This document shows, piece after piece, positions 13,401 to 27,205 of a stretch of DNA of 64,000 bases; the stretch's first letter is position 1; every line of letters starts with the position of its first letter. The notes under the pieces were generated by a model, which saw nothing but the letters and a program-made list of their open reading frames with translations, did not search any database and was not told the origin of the DNA. Origin of the DNA: the human T2T-CHM13v2.0 reference genome, Homo sapiens. A program made the translations under genes and the position numbers. The stretch lies in assembly GCF_009914755.1 (NCBI RefSeq), contig NC_060930.1. One strand, written 5' to 3'.

Positions 13401-15600
13401 CCTCAAGGCTGATGATCCTAGTTTAAAAAAATCTGCCCATTACTCTTTTTCAGGTAAAGAGTGGTGGTGTCTTCTTCAGAGTTTTGTTTAGGTGAATGGG
13501 GTGAGGCCAAAGGGCAGGCTCTGTGCTCTGGGCTAAGTGAGTGTTTTGCCCTTCTCATCCTGGTCATGCCACTTCCCAAAGACTTCACCCCTGTTTCCCA
13601 CCAAAACTCCACCTTCCCTTGTCCTCACCCTCAGGCTCAGAATGCTGTTGTCACCCTGTGCTGTGGCGTTAACTACTTTCTGTACTATTACATACTGAAA
13701 GGGTTGCCCAAAGATAATCATGACTGTCTTATTGCTTCCTTAAGACTGAACCTAAACCATCCCAGAGACATTAACAGCTTTCATATCCTCTAAAAACTTC
13801 CAGACAAGAAGATTCCATAATTTCCTTGTTGGCATCTGTGCTTGGCAGTACTGCTGCAGGAATGTTCTTTATTGCAGCCTGTGGTTAAGACTTAACAACA
13901 AATGCCTTTTCTTTAGAATCCTTCTGGGTCAGCTTTCTTTCCTGTATAGCACTGAAAAGTGAGATTTGCCCCAAAATGTTGAGTGAGAGAGAGAAAGCAA
14001 AAGATAGTGAGCACAAGCGAGCACAAACCTGAAATCTATTTATACCGAGGAAAACATAAGGTCTACCTGCAGGGGCCATACTCACCCCCAGCCTGTAGCT
14101 GTTCCCTGCATGAACCCGTCCCCTTCTCTAGAGGGTACAAGGACACAGGAAGCAAGCCAGAGAAAGGTGGTGAGACCTTGGCAGTAACCTTTTAACAGCC
14201 ACTTTTCCCCTAGCATTCTGTCAAGGAGCCAGGCAGCCACGTAAGAATAGTGTTGATGTGCAAACCCACTGTGGGCTGAGCATCTTCTAAGGAAGCACAT
14301 CCCCTCCCTGTCCTCTGAACTTGACACGCCATAAGACTGAACTTCATAGTTGTGATGCTACTTCCGTCATGGCTGGCATCCAGCCCGAAATGGCCTCCAT
14401 GACTATAGCTAAGGAGGTGTCATACTAATGAGCAGTGGAAGAACGGCCCTGCAATGCTTAGCACATCAACTACTTTCTCTTCATCTCTTAGCAAAACATA
14501 TACTTACTCATTATAAAATTGAATGATCTGCTTTATTATGTAATGAAAGTACTAAGTACAGTGGCTTATCTCCTACTATTTGCTGACACAATTACCTGGG
14601 TGTGTTTTTCAGTGGGGAACAAACACTCAAGTCCTAGAAATCCTAGGGATTGCCATTTGTTTTTTTTTAAAAACGCAAGATAATTCAATTATTCCTTGAT
14701 TTCTAGAAGGAGGCCTCCCTCTATTTTTGTCTGTCTTTCAGTTTAGAGACTATGCTGGGCTCTGTGAGTGGCTCTAATGTGCTGGTAATGGCGTGGCTCA
14801 TCAGGAATTGGGATTTGGGGGTGGAATTGCACAACTGGACAGTCGCTGGACGGCAGATCTGGGTTTGGCCTAAGGTGGATGGGGAGTTGGGGGGAGGAGT
14901 GGCAGTTTGTGTTCGGAAGTTTCAGGCTCCTAGGAGGAACTCTCAGGCCTGGCTGTGCTGGCCCCCTTGAGGAGCACAGCGGTTGGCTGCCAAGGGAGTG
15001 TAGATGGGTCAAATGTGACTAAGAGGAGGGCAGGGCCAGAAGTTGATTCAAATTTGGCGATAGGATTATGATGAGGTTTAAAGATTTCCAAGGAGCTAAT
15101 CTAATGGTTTTTCTTATATCCTATGAACCAAATGCCGATTAGTTCCAGAAAGCTACTTTCTAAGGTAGTATTTAGAATGTCTGCTTATTTACCACTTAAT
15201 TCAAATTTTATGAAATCACTCACTGAGCTAAGTGTGACAATTACCATTGAGCCTGCAGGGACATTTCAGTGTGCACACAGCAAGTCAGGAAAACAATGCC
15301 CAGCACGTGGGTCCACAGGCAGGTGCCCTGAGCAGAGGGGGAGGGCTCTTCAAAGGAGGCCTCAGAAACAATGACAGAGCCTCAAAAGAAAATGCCACTG
15401 GGGCTGGCTTGCATGTTCCATCAACAAGATACTTAGAGCTGGATTACTGAAAGTATGAATTTGCGTTTCATAAGAAAAAAAGGATCTAGTTCTACCTGAA
15501 GATTTCAGATACGTGAGCAACCAGAATGTTTCAATGGTTTCGAGGATGTAGATGATGCAGGGATGATAATCATTTTACAGGGGGAGGAAGAAAGAAAATC

Positions 15601-15654
15601 AACACACAGCAAATTCTCACTTAAATGAGAACACACAGCAAATTCTCACTTAAA
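15601..15654 (+). repeat. Perfect 25-bp tandem duplication with 4-nt spacer
   Basis: aacacacagcaaattctcacttaaa at 15601-15625 and 15630-15654. Confidence 0.95.
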
Positions 15655-15845
15655 AGGCCAAATAGATTTTTGTGCGATGTCTATACAGTGTGCCTCTTAT
15701 TTAAAATGCCTTTTCCAATGCCATGGAAATAAGCAATTATCAGGGATTTGATCTAAAAAGAAACTTTAAGGTTATGTCATATACATTTGTATCCCAGTTT
15801 CCTTTACACTTTACTGCCTTGGTATTGTATTTTTGGTAAATAATT

Positions 15846-15921
15846 CAAGGCAGGAGGATCCCTTGAGCTCAAGAGTTCCAGTCCAACCTGGGCAACAGAG
15901 CAAGACTCCACCTTTAAAAAG
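15846..15921 (+). mobile_element. FLAM/Alu monomer fragment
   Basis: aaggcaggaggatcccttgagctcaagagttc...gggcaacagagcaagactcc. Confidence 0.8.
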
Positions 15922-16296
15922 AGACTTACGTTTGTCAAATGCCTACTAGAGGATAAGGGCTGTGCTGAGAATTTTTGTATTTATCATCTCACCTAGTCCT
16001 CATGGCAGGACAGCTAGTTAAGTATGTCCCCAACAGCGCAGTTAAGGAAAGGCCAGCTCAGGATCCCCTGGCTACAGTGCAGCTGCCATTCCTCGGCCTT
16101 CCCGTTACTTGGTACCCAGTCCCCACTCCTTATCCCAGCCCCAGTATGTCATTTAGCTGATCTGTCCTTTTGCTTCTAGTGTTGGGATCTCTCTAGCTAC
16201 CTACTTGCTAGTGGTATGTGGAGTGGTAATGGAGCATTCTATTTTGAGTATGTAACAAGGATACGAATGTGAAAACGCTAGTGCTTATGCAGTCCT

Positions 16297-16601
16297 TATT
16301 TATTTATTTATTTTTTTGAGACACGTTCTCACTCTGTCACCCAGGCTGGAGTGCACTGGTGTGATCATGGCTCACTTGCAGCCTCGATCTCCTGGGCTCA
16401 AGCAATCCTCCCTCCTCAGCCTCCTGAGTAGCTGAGACCACAGGTGTGTGCCACCACCTCTAGCTAATTTTTAAATCTTTTGTAGAGATGGGGGTCTCCC
16501 TATGTTGCCCAAGACAGTCTTGAACTCCTGAACTCAAGTGGTCTTCCCGCTTTGGCCTCCTGAAGTACCAGGATGACAGGTGTGAGCTGCTGCACCTGGC
16601 C
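16297..16601 (-). mobile_element. AluJ
   Basis: gcagcctcgatctcctgggctcaagc (J-type); TSD cagtcct.attt. Confidence 0.93.
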
Positions 16602-16740
16602 CCAGTCCTCATTTTTATCAGCTGGTTGCCTTCCTGCTCAGCAGGGGTAATAGCAGATGTTGCTTAACAAGGGTCTGGGATTTGAAGAAACCTCCACTAC
16701 CCATATCTTGTTTGTCTATCAAATAGACAAACACAAATAG

Positions 16741-17150
<410 letters not shown>

Positions 17151-18285
17151 TCTTGTTTTTTGTTGAATTTAGATGCCTTTTGGTGGAGCAGGTGCTTGCC
17201 CCATCACTTCCTACTGTCCTATATACAACCTACTTCACTCATTTATATTATTTGCCAGGCCCCTGAAGGCGTCTGGTTTGTGACTTCTGTGATTTAATAC
17301 TGGTTGTAACCATCAGCATCATATCTGGGTGATGGGGTCTTTGGTTTCTCCTAAGATCACTGTGAAGAGCTGCTTAGTCAAACACCACACAACTCTAGGG
17401 AATCTATTTGCAAAAACTATGGATGTGAGTTGTACTCCTGGGAGTTACAAAGTACAAAGCTTGTGTAACTGTTGGTGGTGGCCCAAGAGATGCACACCGC
17501 GCTGGTGGTACACAGGGAATGATTCTGCCCGAACACAAAGTATTATCCTTAGTCCCATAGGAATGACGGAAGTCAGGATGATGAACCAAGAGGTAGTGTA
17601 TATATGGTTCAAAGGATGACCATTTAATGGTTTGCCATTGTGAAGCCCATCTTTTGGGGTCCTACAACTTAAACCATCCAATTAAATGTCATCTCTGGAC
17701 AGACCAGGTCCAGCTACTAGTGTTCCCAAAGTGCCAAAATAACCGTATTCACTGATGTGATTAAGAAACCTGAGTGGGCTGTTTTCAACAACGGTGAGAA
17801 AAGCAAGTTTACACTTCTTAGAATCTTACTGAATTAATGGTGAAAATTACTAGTTGCTTTTATTTTTCCCCCAAGCAAAGAAGGTGCTGTGAATGCTTTC
17901 GATCTTTTACTCTCAAGGGAAATCTAGTGATCCTTACACCATCTGAAAGACAGAAATCATAGCAATGATTCAGATCCCACATCTAGGACTGTGCCAAACT
18001 TAGGCTGAACCACTCAAAACCTGAAGGGTAAGTGAACTAGAAACTACAAGTGACTGAGCCACAGGTGAGGTTCAGTTCCCTTCAAGAAAGATATTCACAT
18101 TCTGTGCCTCTGAGACTTTAAGTGTATCAAATAGAAACTGACTATGCCACAGACCTAACATGTGACTTGGACATCAACTCCTGAGTGGGGACATGGCACC
18201 TAGTACATCTTCTAGCTCCTAGTCAGCCAGTTTTCTGTAAGTCAATAAACATTCATTAACAATCACACAAACCAAATTACTGTAC

Positions 18286-18528
18286 CTCCTCAGGCAAGCT
18301 GACCACCAAATCATTTTTTGTCTGTCCAACCAGCGCCTGCCAAAAATATTCACTGCATGCGGCCAGCACAGCCCGGTGGGCCCGGAACTCCTTCCTCTCC
18401 ACGATCAAAGTCACGTCACAGAGAATATCCTTTTTCCGCTGGTCATTGAGGCCCAGGAGGATGTTGGTGCAGTGGACTGTGGACTCATACACATACATGG
18501 GGGAGTCAGGCTTCTCATCCACAGACAT
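18286..18528 (-). CDS. BACH2: BACH2 first coding exon, CDS part (codons 1-81, N-terminal part of BTB/POZ domain)
   Basis: Translation MSVDEKPDSPMYVYESTVHCTNILLGLNDQRKKDILCDVTLIVERKEFRAHRAVLAACSEYFWQALVGQTKNDLVVSLPEE is the BACH2 N-terminus, with BTB motifs CDVTL/F.AH+AVLAACSEYF. ATG at 18528-18526; phase-0 donor GAG|GTACAG at 18286/18285. Confidence 0.97.
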
Positions 18529-18540
18529 GCCGTTCACACC
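18529..18540 (-). other. BACH2: 12-nt 5'UTR part of the BACH2 start exon; acceptor tttcag|GGTGTG
   Basis: AG at 18542-18541 follows a long pyrimidine tract. Exon is 18540..18286 = 255 nt. Confidence 0.9.
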
Positions 18541-18542
18541 CT

Positions 18543-18578
18543 GAAAGAAAGAAAGAAACAAAGAAAGAAAGAAAGAAA
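18543..18578 (-). repeat. (CTTT)n tetranucleotide repeat serving as the polypyrimidine tract of the start exon
   Basis: gaaagaaagaaagaaacaaagaaagaaagaaagaaa on +. Confidence 0.9.
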
Positions 18579-18579
18579 G

Positions 18580-18589
18580 GCTGAGTCAC
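18580..18589 (-). promoter_or_regulatory. ARE/MARE-like AP-1 site GTGACTCAGC
   Basis: gctgagtcac on +; matches RTGACTCAGC(A), with C instead of the last A. Function not shown. Confidence 0.45.
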
Positions 18590-19337
18590 CACAGCTGTAG
18601 GATCAGAGAGAGGAGGTGAGAAAGAACATCATGGTTCCTGTGTCCCACTGCCATGAGCATGGCAGGAAGGAGGGGAATTACCAATCAGCATATTTGTGCT
18701 TACTCTGTACAATGAGCTCAGGAAACATATCTGTAAAGTCAAGTTCCACAGCTGACTTTTATGCTTCCTACTTACCGCATTCTTTTACCCCATGGTAACA
18801 AAGCCAGATCTTTTAATAGAACATTTAAAACATATTGGTATTTTAAAACTTGGTGGTTCTGATTTTGTTAGTAGGCTGAAAAAGAAATTTCACATGTAAA
18901 TAGCCTCTATGCAAGGACTAACTTAGATTTGTGTGAAGAGGAAATGAATCATTTTGAAGTATTTGTAATGTTGTCTTGATGAAGTATATGTAAGTTCCTA
19001 AGGTGAAATTTGGCTGAGATGCCAAGTAGAGTAAACATCAAATCACAATACATATTTAACAAGTGAACCAAACTGTCTGCACACTGAAGACTCAGTAGAG
19101 TCAGCTATTGCATCTGCCCTCTGCCACTTCAAGGCAAAGCACAATTGCCATAATGCAATAGTTGCTCAGCTCTTAGAAAGATGTGGAATTGTGCTGTCGT
19201 TATCCCAGCTGAATTGATGTACATCCCCTTTAAGGAAACACAATATATCACAATAGCAGTCATGAAAAAAGATGCATTCAACAGTCAAGATTACTTTTAC
19301 AAAAGGTTCTTTGCTTTAAAAAATATCCATTGAAATA

Positions 19338-19643
<306 letters not shown>

Positions 19644-21002
19644 TGAGGTATTTTAAAATACAGTATCTGTAATTAATTTATATAGTTACATAGTTTTTCT
19701 GTAATGTTTGCTAGAGTAGTAAGAATTCCAGTAGCGAGTCCTACTTTCTTTTTGGCTTTCTTATTTTTTTAAAACAGCTTTAACATACAATAAACTGTAC
19801 ATATTTATAGTGAGCAATTTGATGTTTTGATTGTGTATGTAACTGTGAAACCATCATCACAATAAAGATAGTAAACAAATCCATCATCACCAAAAGTCTC
19901 CTTAAGGCCCTTGTAATAATTTTTCCCTTGTACCTCTCTGTACCCCACCGCTACAACGACTGATCAGCTTTCTGACATTCTATATTAGCTTGCATTTTCT
20001 AGAGTTTCATATAAATGGAATCATAAACTACATATTCTTTTATATCTGGCTTCTTCTATTCAGCATAATTATTTCACCATTCATCCATGTTGCTGCATAT
20101 ATCAAGTTTGTTCCTTTATTACTTAGCATCCTATTGTATAAATATAGCGTAACTTTTTTTTTATCCATTCATCTATTAGTGGATATTTGGGTTGTTTCCA
20201 GTATTTATTTACAAATAAAGCTGCTGTGAACATTCACATACAATTCTTTGGATGGACATATGCTTTCACTTCTCTTGGGTAAATACCTGTGAGTAGAATG
20301 TATTATATGGTATGTGTAAGCATAACTTTTAAAGAGTCTGCCACTGTTTTCTAAAGTGGCTGTAACATTTTACATTTCCACCAGCAGTGTATGAGTTCCA
20401 GTTCCTTCACATCCTTGCCAACATTTGGTATGGTCACTCTTTCTAGTTTTGGACATTGTAATAGGTCTATCATATTTCTTTTTGGGTTTAATTTGCTTTC
20501 TCTAATGCCTGAAGTTGTTGAGAATCTTCCATGTGTTTATTTGACCTCTGTATATTTTCTTTGAAGAAATGTCTATTTAGATTCTTTGCCCATTTTTAAT
20601 TGGGTTGTTTTCTTATTTTTCAGTTTTAAGAGTTCTTCATATATTCTGAATAAAAGTCCTTTATCAGATACATGACTTGTAAAAATTTTTTCCCAGTCTG
20701 TAGCTTGTCTTTTGATTCTCTTAAAAGTGTCTTTCAAGGAACAGAAAGTCTTTATTTGATGAAGCCAAAAAACCATCTTGGTGTCACATCTAAAAAACTA
20801 AACCAAGGTCATAAAGATTTTCTCTTGTTTTCTGCTAGAAGTGTTATTTTTTTAGCCCTTACATTTAGGTCTATGGCCCATTTTGAGTTAATTTTTGTGT
20901 AGGTAACAGGTATGGATTGAGGTTCTTTTTTTCCTTTTGCATAGGAATATCCAATCATTCCCGCAGCATTGTTAAAAATACTCTTTTCTCTCCTGAATTA
21001 CC

Positions 21003-21231
21003 TTTGTATTTTTACTGAAAATCAGTTGTTTTTACATGTATGAATCTATTTATGGACTCTGTCTTTTACTATTTTTATGTTTGTCTACTTTTGTTTTTTT
21101 TGGAGACAAACCTTGCTTATTTGTACTTTTACTGAAAATCAGTTGTTTTTACATTTATGAATCTATTTATGGACTCTGTCTTTTACTATTTTTATGTTTG
21201 TCTACTTTTGTTTTGTTTTGTTTTGGAGACA
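21003..21231 (+). repeat. Tandem duplication, period ~117 bp
   Basis: tttactgaaaatcagttgtttttacat.tatgaatctatttatggactctgtcttttactatttttatgtttgtctacttttg...tggagaca occurs twice. Confidence 0.92.
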
Positions 21232-21319
21232 GGGTATCACTTTGGAGTGCAGTGGCATGGCCATAGCTCACAGCAGTAGCTGGCACTACAGGTGTGCATC
21301 ACCGTATCTGGCTAATTTA

Positions 21320-21711
<392 letters not shown>

Positions 21712-22032
21712 TCAAGTGATCCTCCTACCTCAGCCTCCTAAAGTGCTGGGATTACAGATGTGAGCCACTGTACCCAGCCTCTATATCTACTTTTATGTTA
21801 CTATCATAGTGTCTTGATTTGCTCTTTTTCAAAGTTAGTTTGATCCTTTGCATTTCCATATACATTTTATAATCAGCTTGCCAATTTCTACAAAATAGTC
21901 TGCTGGAATTTTCACTGAGATTGTACTGAATCTACTGATGAATTTAGGAAGAACTGCCATCTTAACAATAATGAATCTTCTGACCCATGAACACAGTCTC
22001 TTTATTTAGATCATCTTGAATTTTTCTCAGCA

Positions 22033-22637
<605 letters not shown>

Positions 22638-23032
22638 CTCAGCAACGTTTTATGGTAGTATATAGGTCTTTTATACCTCTTTTGTCAGATTTATACCTAA
22701 GTATGAATATTTTTGATGCCATTGTAAATGGCAGTCTTTTAATTTCAATTTCTAATTTTTCACTGCTAGTATATACATACAAATAATTTTTGTATTTTGA
22801 TCTTGTATCTGGAAACCTTGCTTATTAGTTCTCATAGCCTGTTTTTTCTTGGTAGATTCCACGGTATTTTCTACATAGAAGATTATGTTGTCTGTGAATA
22901 AAGATCTCTTACTTTTTTTCCAATTTGGATAATTTTAATGTCTTTTTCTTACCTTACTGCATTGTCTAGAAGCTCTAGTTCAATGCTGAATAGAGGTGAT
23001 GAGACTAAATATCCTTGCTTTCCTGATGTTAG

Positions 23033-23491
<459 letters not shown>

Positions 23492-23519
23492 TCTTTTTCT
23501 ATCTTTCTTTCTTTTTCTT

Positions 23520-23767
23520 CAGTGGCACTCATGGCTCACTGCAACCTTGAATTCCTGGGCTCAAGCAATCTCCTGCCTCTGCCTCCTGAGTAGCTAGGAC
23601 TACAGGTGTGCACCACCATACCTGGCTAATTATTTCTTATTTTTTTTTGTAGAGATGAGGCCTTGCTATGTTGCCCAGGCTGCTCTTGAATTCCTGGCCT
23701 CAAGCAATCCTCGTACCTTGGTCTCTCAAAGTGTTGGGATTACAGGTGTAAGCCACTGTGCCCAGCC
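23520..23767 (-). mobile_element. AluJ
   Basis: ccttgaattcctgggctcaagc. Confidence 0.88.
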
Positions 23768-24102
23768 CTGTGTTTGCCTTCTTATACATTGTTGGATTCA
23801 ATTTGCTAACATTTTGTTAATAATTTTTCATCTATGTTCAATACGGAGATTTGTCTGTAGTTTTCTTACATAGTTTTTCTGGCCTGGTTTTAGCATCAGG
23901 GTAATGATGATCTCATAAAATGAGCTGGGAAGTATTTCTTCTTCTTTAATTTTCTAAAAGCTTTTTTTTTTTTTTCTTTTTGTAGAATTGGTTTTATTTC
24001 TTCCTTAAATGTTTGGTAGAATGTACCTGTGAAGACTTCTGAGCTGGGATAGTCTTTAACTATAAATTCATTTTTTTAAATTGTCAAATTTATTGGCATA
24101 AA

Positions 24103-24104
<2 letters not shown>

Positions 24105-24170
<66 letters not shown>

Positions 24171-24178
24171 TTTTTTTA
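24105..24178. repeat. Compound (TG)n(TA)n(T)n microsatellite at an Alu tail
   Basis: Direct reading. Confidence 0.95.
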
Positions 24179-24764
24179 GACAGATTCTTGCTCTGTTGCC
24201 AGGTTGGAGTGCAGTGGTGCAATCTTGGCTCACTGCAAACTCCACCTCCTGGATTCACAAGTGATTCTCCTGCCTCAGCCTCCCGAGTAGCTGGGACTAC
24301 AGGTGTGCGCTACCATGCCCAGCTAATTTTTGTATTTTTAGTAGAGACGGGTTTCACCACGTTGGCCAGGATGGTCTCAATCTCTTGACCTCATGATCCA
24401 CCCGCCTTGGCCTCGCAAAGTCTTGGGATTACAGGCGTCAGCTACCGCCCCTGGCCTTTTTATTTTTTTTATTTTTTAAAGAGACAGTGTCTCACTTTGT
24501 TGCCCTGGCTGGAGTGCAGTGGCGTGATCATAGCTAACTGCAACCTCAAACTCCTGGGGCTCATGTGACCTTCCTGTCTCAGGCTCCTGAGTAACTAGGA
24601 CTATAGGCCGTGCCACCATGTTCAGCTATTTTTTTTTTTTTTTTGTAAGAGATGGAGTCTTACTATGATACCCAGGCTGGTCTTCAACTCTTGGTGTCAA
24701 GTGATTCTCCTGCTTTGGCCCCCACAAAGCACTGGGATTACAGGCGTGAGCCACCACACCCAGC
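24153..24764 (-). mobile_element. Tandem AluS (to ~24455) and AluJ (~24457-24764)
   Basis: Two full antisense dimers. Confidence 0.92.
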
Positions 24765-26123
24765 CCATATATAGTTTTTAAAAATATTCCTTCTAATATG
24801 GGTTGAATCTGTACTGATGCCACCTCTCATATTACTGATACTGAAAATTTGTGTCTTCTCTTTCTGATCAGTCTGGCTAGAGGCTTAACCATTTTACTGA
24901 CATTCTCAAATAACTAGTTTTTGGTTAGTTTTTTTAAATTATTCTATTTTCTAGTTTGCTGATCTCTATTCTCATTGTTATATCCTTTATTTTGCTTACT
25001 TTGGGTTTAATTGGGTCTTTTTTTCTTTTCCAGTTTCCTAAGGTGGTAGTTGAGCCCACTAATCTGAGATCTTTTTTGTCTTTTCTAACACAGGCTTTAA
25101 TGCTATAAATTTCACTCTGTTTTAGCAGTATCTTGCAAATTTTGAAATGTTTAATTTTTACTCAATTCTTAATGCTTTAAAATTTCCCTTTTGATTTATT
25201 CCTTAATGCACAAATGATTTACACACGTGTTTTTTGGCTTCCAAATATTTGGGGGAGTTTTTAGTTATCTTTTTGTTAATCCTCTCTGATTTAATTCCAT
25301 TGTGGTCACAGAACAAACTTCATATGACTTTAATCCTTTTAAATTTATGGAGACTTGTTTTGGGTCCCAGAATGTGACCCACCTTGGTAAATACTACATA
25401 AGCACTTGAAATGTATATTCTGTTGTTGGCTGGAATGTCCTGTAAATATCAATTAGGTTAAGTTGTATGATGAGTGTTGTTCAAGTCTTCTAATATCTTT
25501 TCTGATCTTTTGTCTATAGGTTCCGTCATGTATTGAGAAGGAGTACTAAAACTTTCCGGCTACAATTGTAGGCTTGTCTGTCAGTTATTGTAATTCTATT
25601 AGTTTCTGCCTCATGCAGTTTGAAATCCTATTAGATGCATATATATTTAGGGTTTTTATTTTTTCTTGTAGTATTTATTCCTTTATCACTATGAAGTCAC
25701 CTTTTAATTCCTGGAAATATTCTTTGCTCTGAAATCTACTTTGTCTCATATTAACATGGTCACTCCATCTTTTGTTTGGTGTTAGCACAGTATATCTTTT
25801 TCTACTCTTATTCTTTTAACCTTTTTGTGTTTTTATATTTAAAATGTGATTCTTGTAAGTAACATATAATTGGGTCTTGCTTTTTAAAAAAATCTAATCT
25901 GAAAACGTCTGAGTTTTAATTCTGGTGTTTAAAACATGTATGTTTAATGTGACAATTGATTTGGCTAGGTTTAGATCTGCCATTTTGCTACTTGTTTTCT
26001 ATTTGTTCTTTATTCTCTTTTCCTTCATCTTCTGACTCTCTGTGTTAACTATTTTTTTATGATTCAATTTCATTTCAATTATTGGCATGTTGTTTTGTTA
26101 TTTCATTGGTTGTTTTAGGATTT

Positions 26124-26215
26124 ATAATATGCTTCTTTAAGTTATCACAATCTGCCTTCCAGTGATATCATAATATGCTTCTTTAAGTTATCACAATCTA
26201 CCTTCCAGTGATATC
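26124..26215 (+). repeat. 46-bp tandem duplication (1 mismatch)
   Basis: ataatatgcttctttaagttatcacaatct(g/a)ccttccagtgatatc x2. Confidence 0.95.
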
Positions 26216-26925
26216 ATACCATGTCGTGTAAAGCACAGTAGTATGCTTCCATTTCTCCCTTCCTGGCCATTGTATTATACATTTTACTTGTTACTTGTTA
26301 AAACCCCTGTACTATATTGTCATTACTTTTGTTTAGTCAATTACCTTTTAAAAAGATATAAATAATGAGGTAACATTACTTGCAGTGCAGGTATACTAGT
26401 GATAAATTATTTCAACTTTTCTCTGTAAAAGCCTGCTGCCTTCATTTTTGAAAGTTATCTTTGAAGGGTATAGATTCCAGGTTGACAGGTGTTTTTTTTT
26501 TTTCTTTTCAGTACTTTGAAAATTGTCATTCCACTGTCTTTTCACCTGCATTGTTTCCAGTGAAAAATCTGTCATCCTCATCTTTGTTCCTCTGTATGTA
26601 ATGTCTTTTCTTCTCCTCTGTTGCCTTTAGGACTTTTTCTTGATCACTTGTTTTGAGCAATTTGATTATGATGTGCCTTTGTGTAGTTTTCCTCATGTTT
26701 CTTGAGCTTCTTGGATACGTGGATAGTTTTAACCAAATTTGGAAAAATTTTGGCCATCATTTTTTCAAATATTTTTGCCACAATTTTTTTGTCTTCTCCC
26801 CTCTTCTCCCTTGGGGAGTTACATATAATATTAGACCATCTGCATTTGTCCCGTCGCTCACAAATGCCCATTTTTTTTTTCTTTTGGTACTTTAAAGAAA
26901 TCTCTTACATTTTACATTGGATAGT

Positions 26926-27205
26926 TTCTTTTCTTTTCTTTTTTTTGAGGTGGAGTTCAGTGGTGTGACTTTGGCTCACTGCAACCACTGTCTCCTGGGT
27001 TCGAGTGATTCTCCTGCTTCAGCCTCCCAAGTAGCAGGGATTACAGGTGTGTGCCACCATACCCAGCTAATTTTTTTGTATTTTTAGTATAGACAGGGTT
27101 TCACCATGTTGGCCAAGCTGGTCTTGAACTCCTGACCTCAAATAATCTGCGCACCTCGGCCTCCCAAAATGCTGGGATCACAGGCTTGAGTCATCATGCC
27201 TAGCC
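26926..27205 (-). mobile_element. AluS
   Basis: Dimer; approximate TSD acatt(ggata/ggtta). Confidence 0.92.

Noticed and set aside
14743-15012. G-rich stretch with overlapping ORFs as an exon or G-quadruplex
   Set aside because: No recognisable protein, no clear splice pair, and the G-runs are irregular.
18277-18561. 94-aa ORF as a complete single-exon gene
   Set aside because: It starts at a TTG inside the polypyrimidine tract and runs past the donor; the real unit is the spliced exon 18540-18286.
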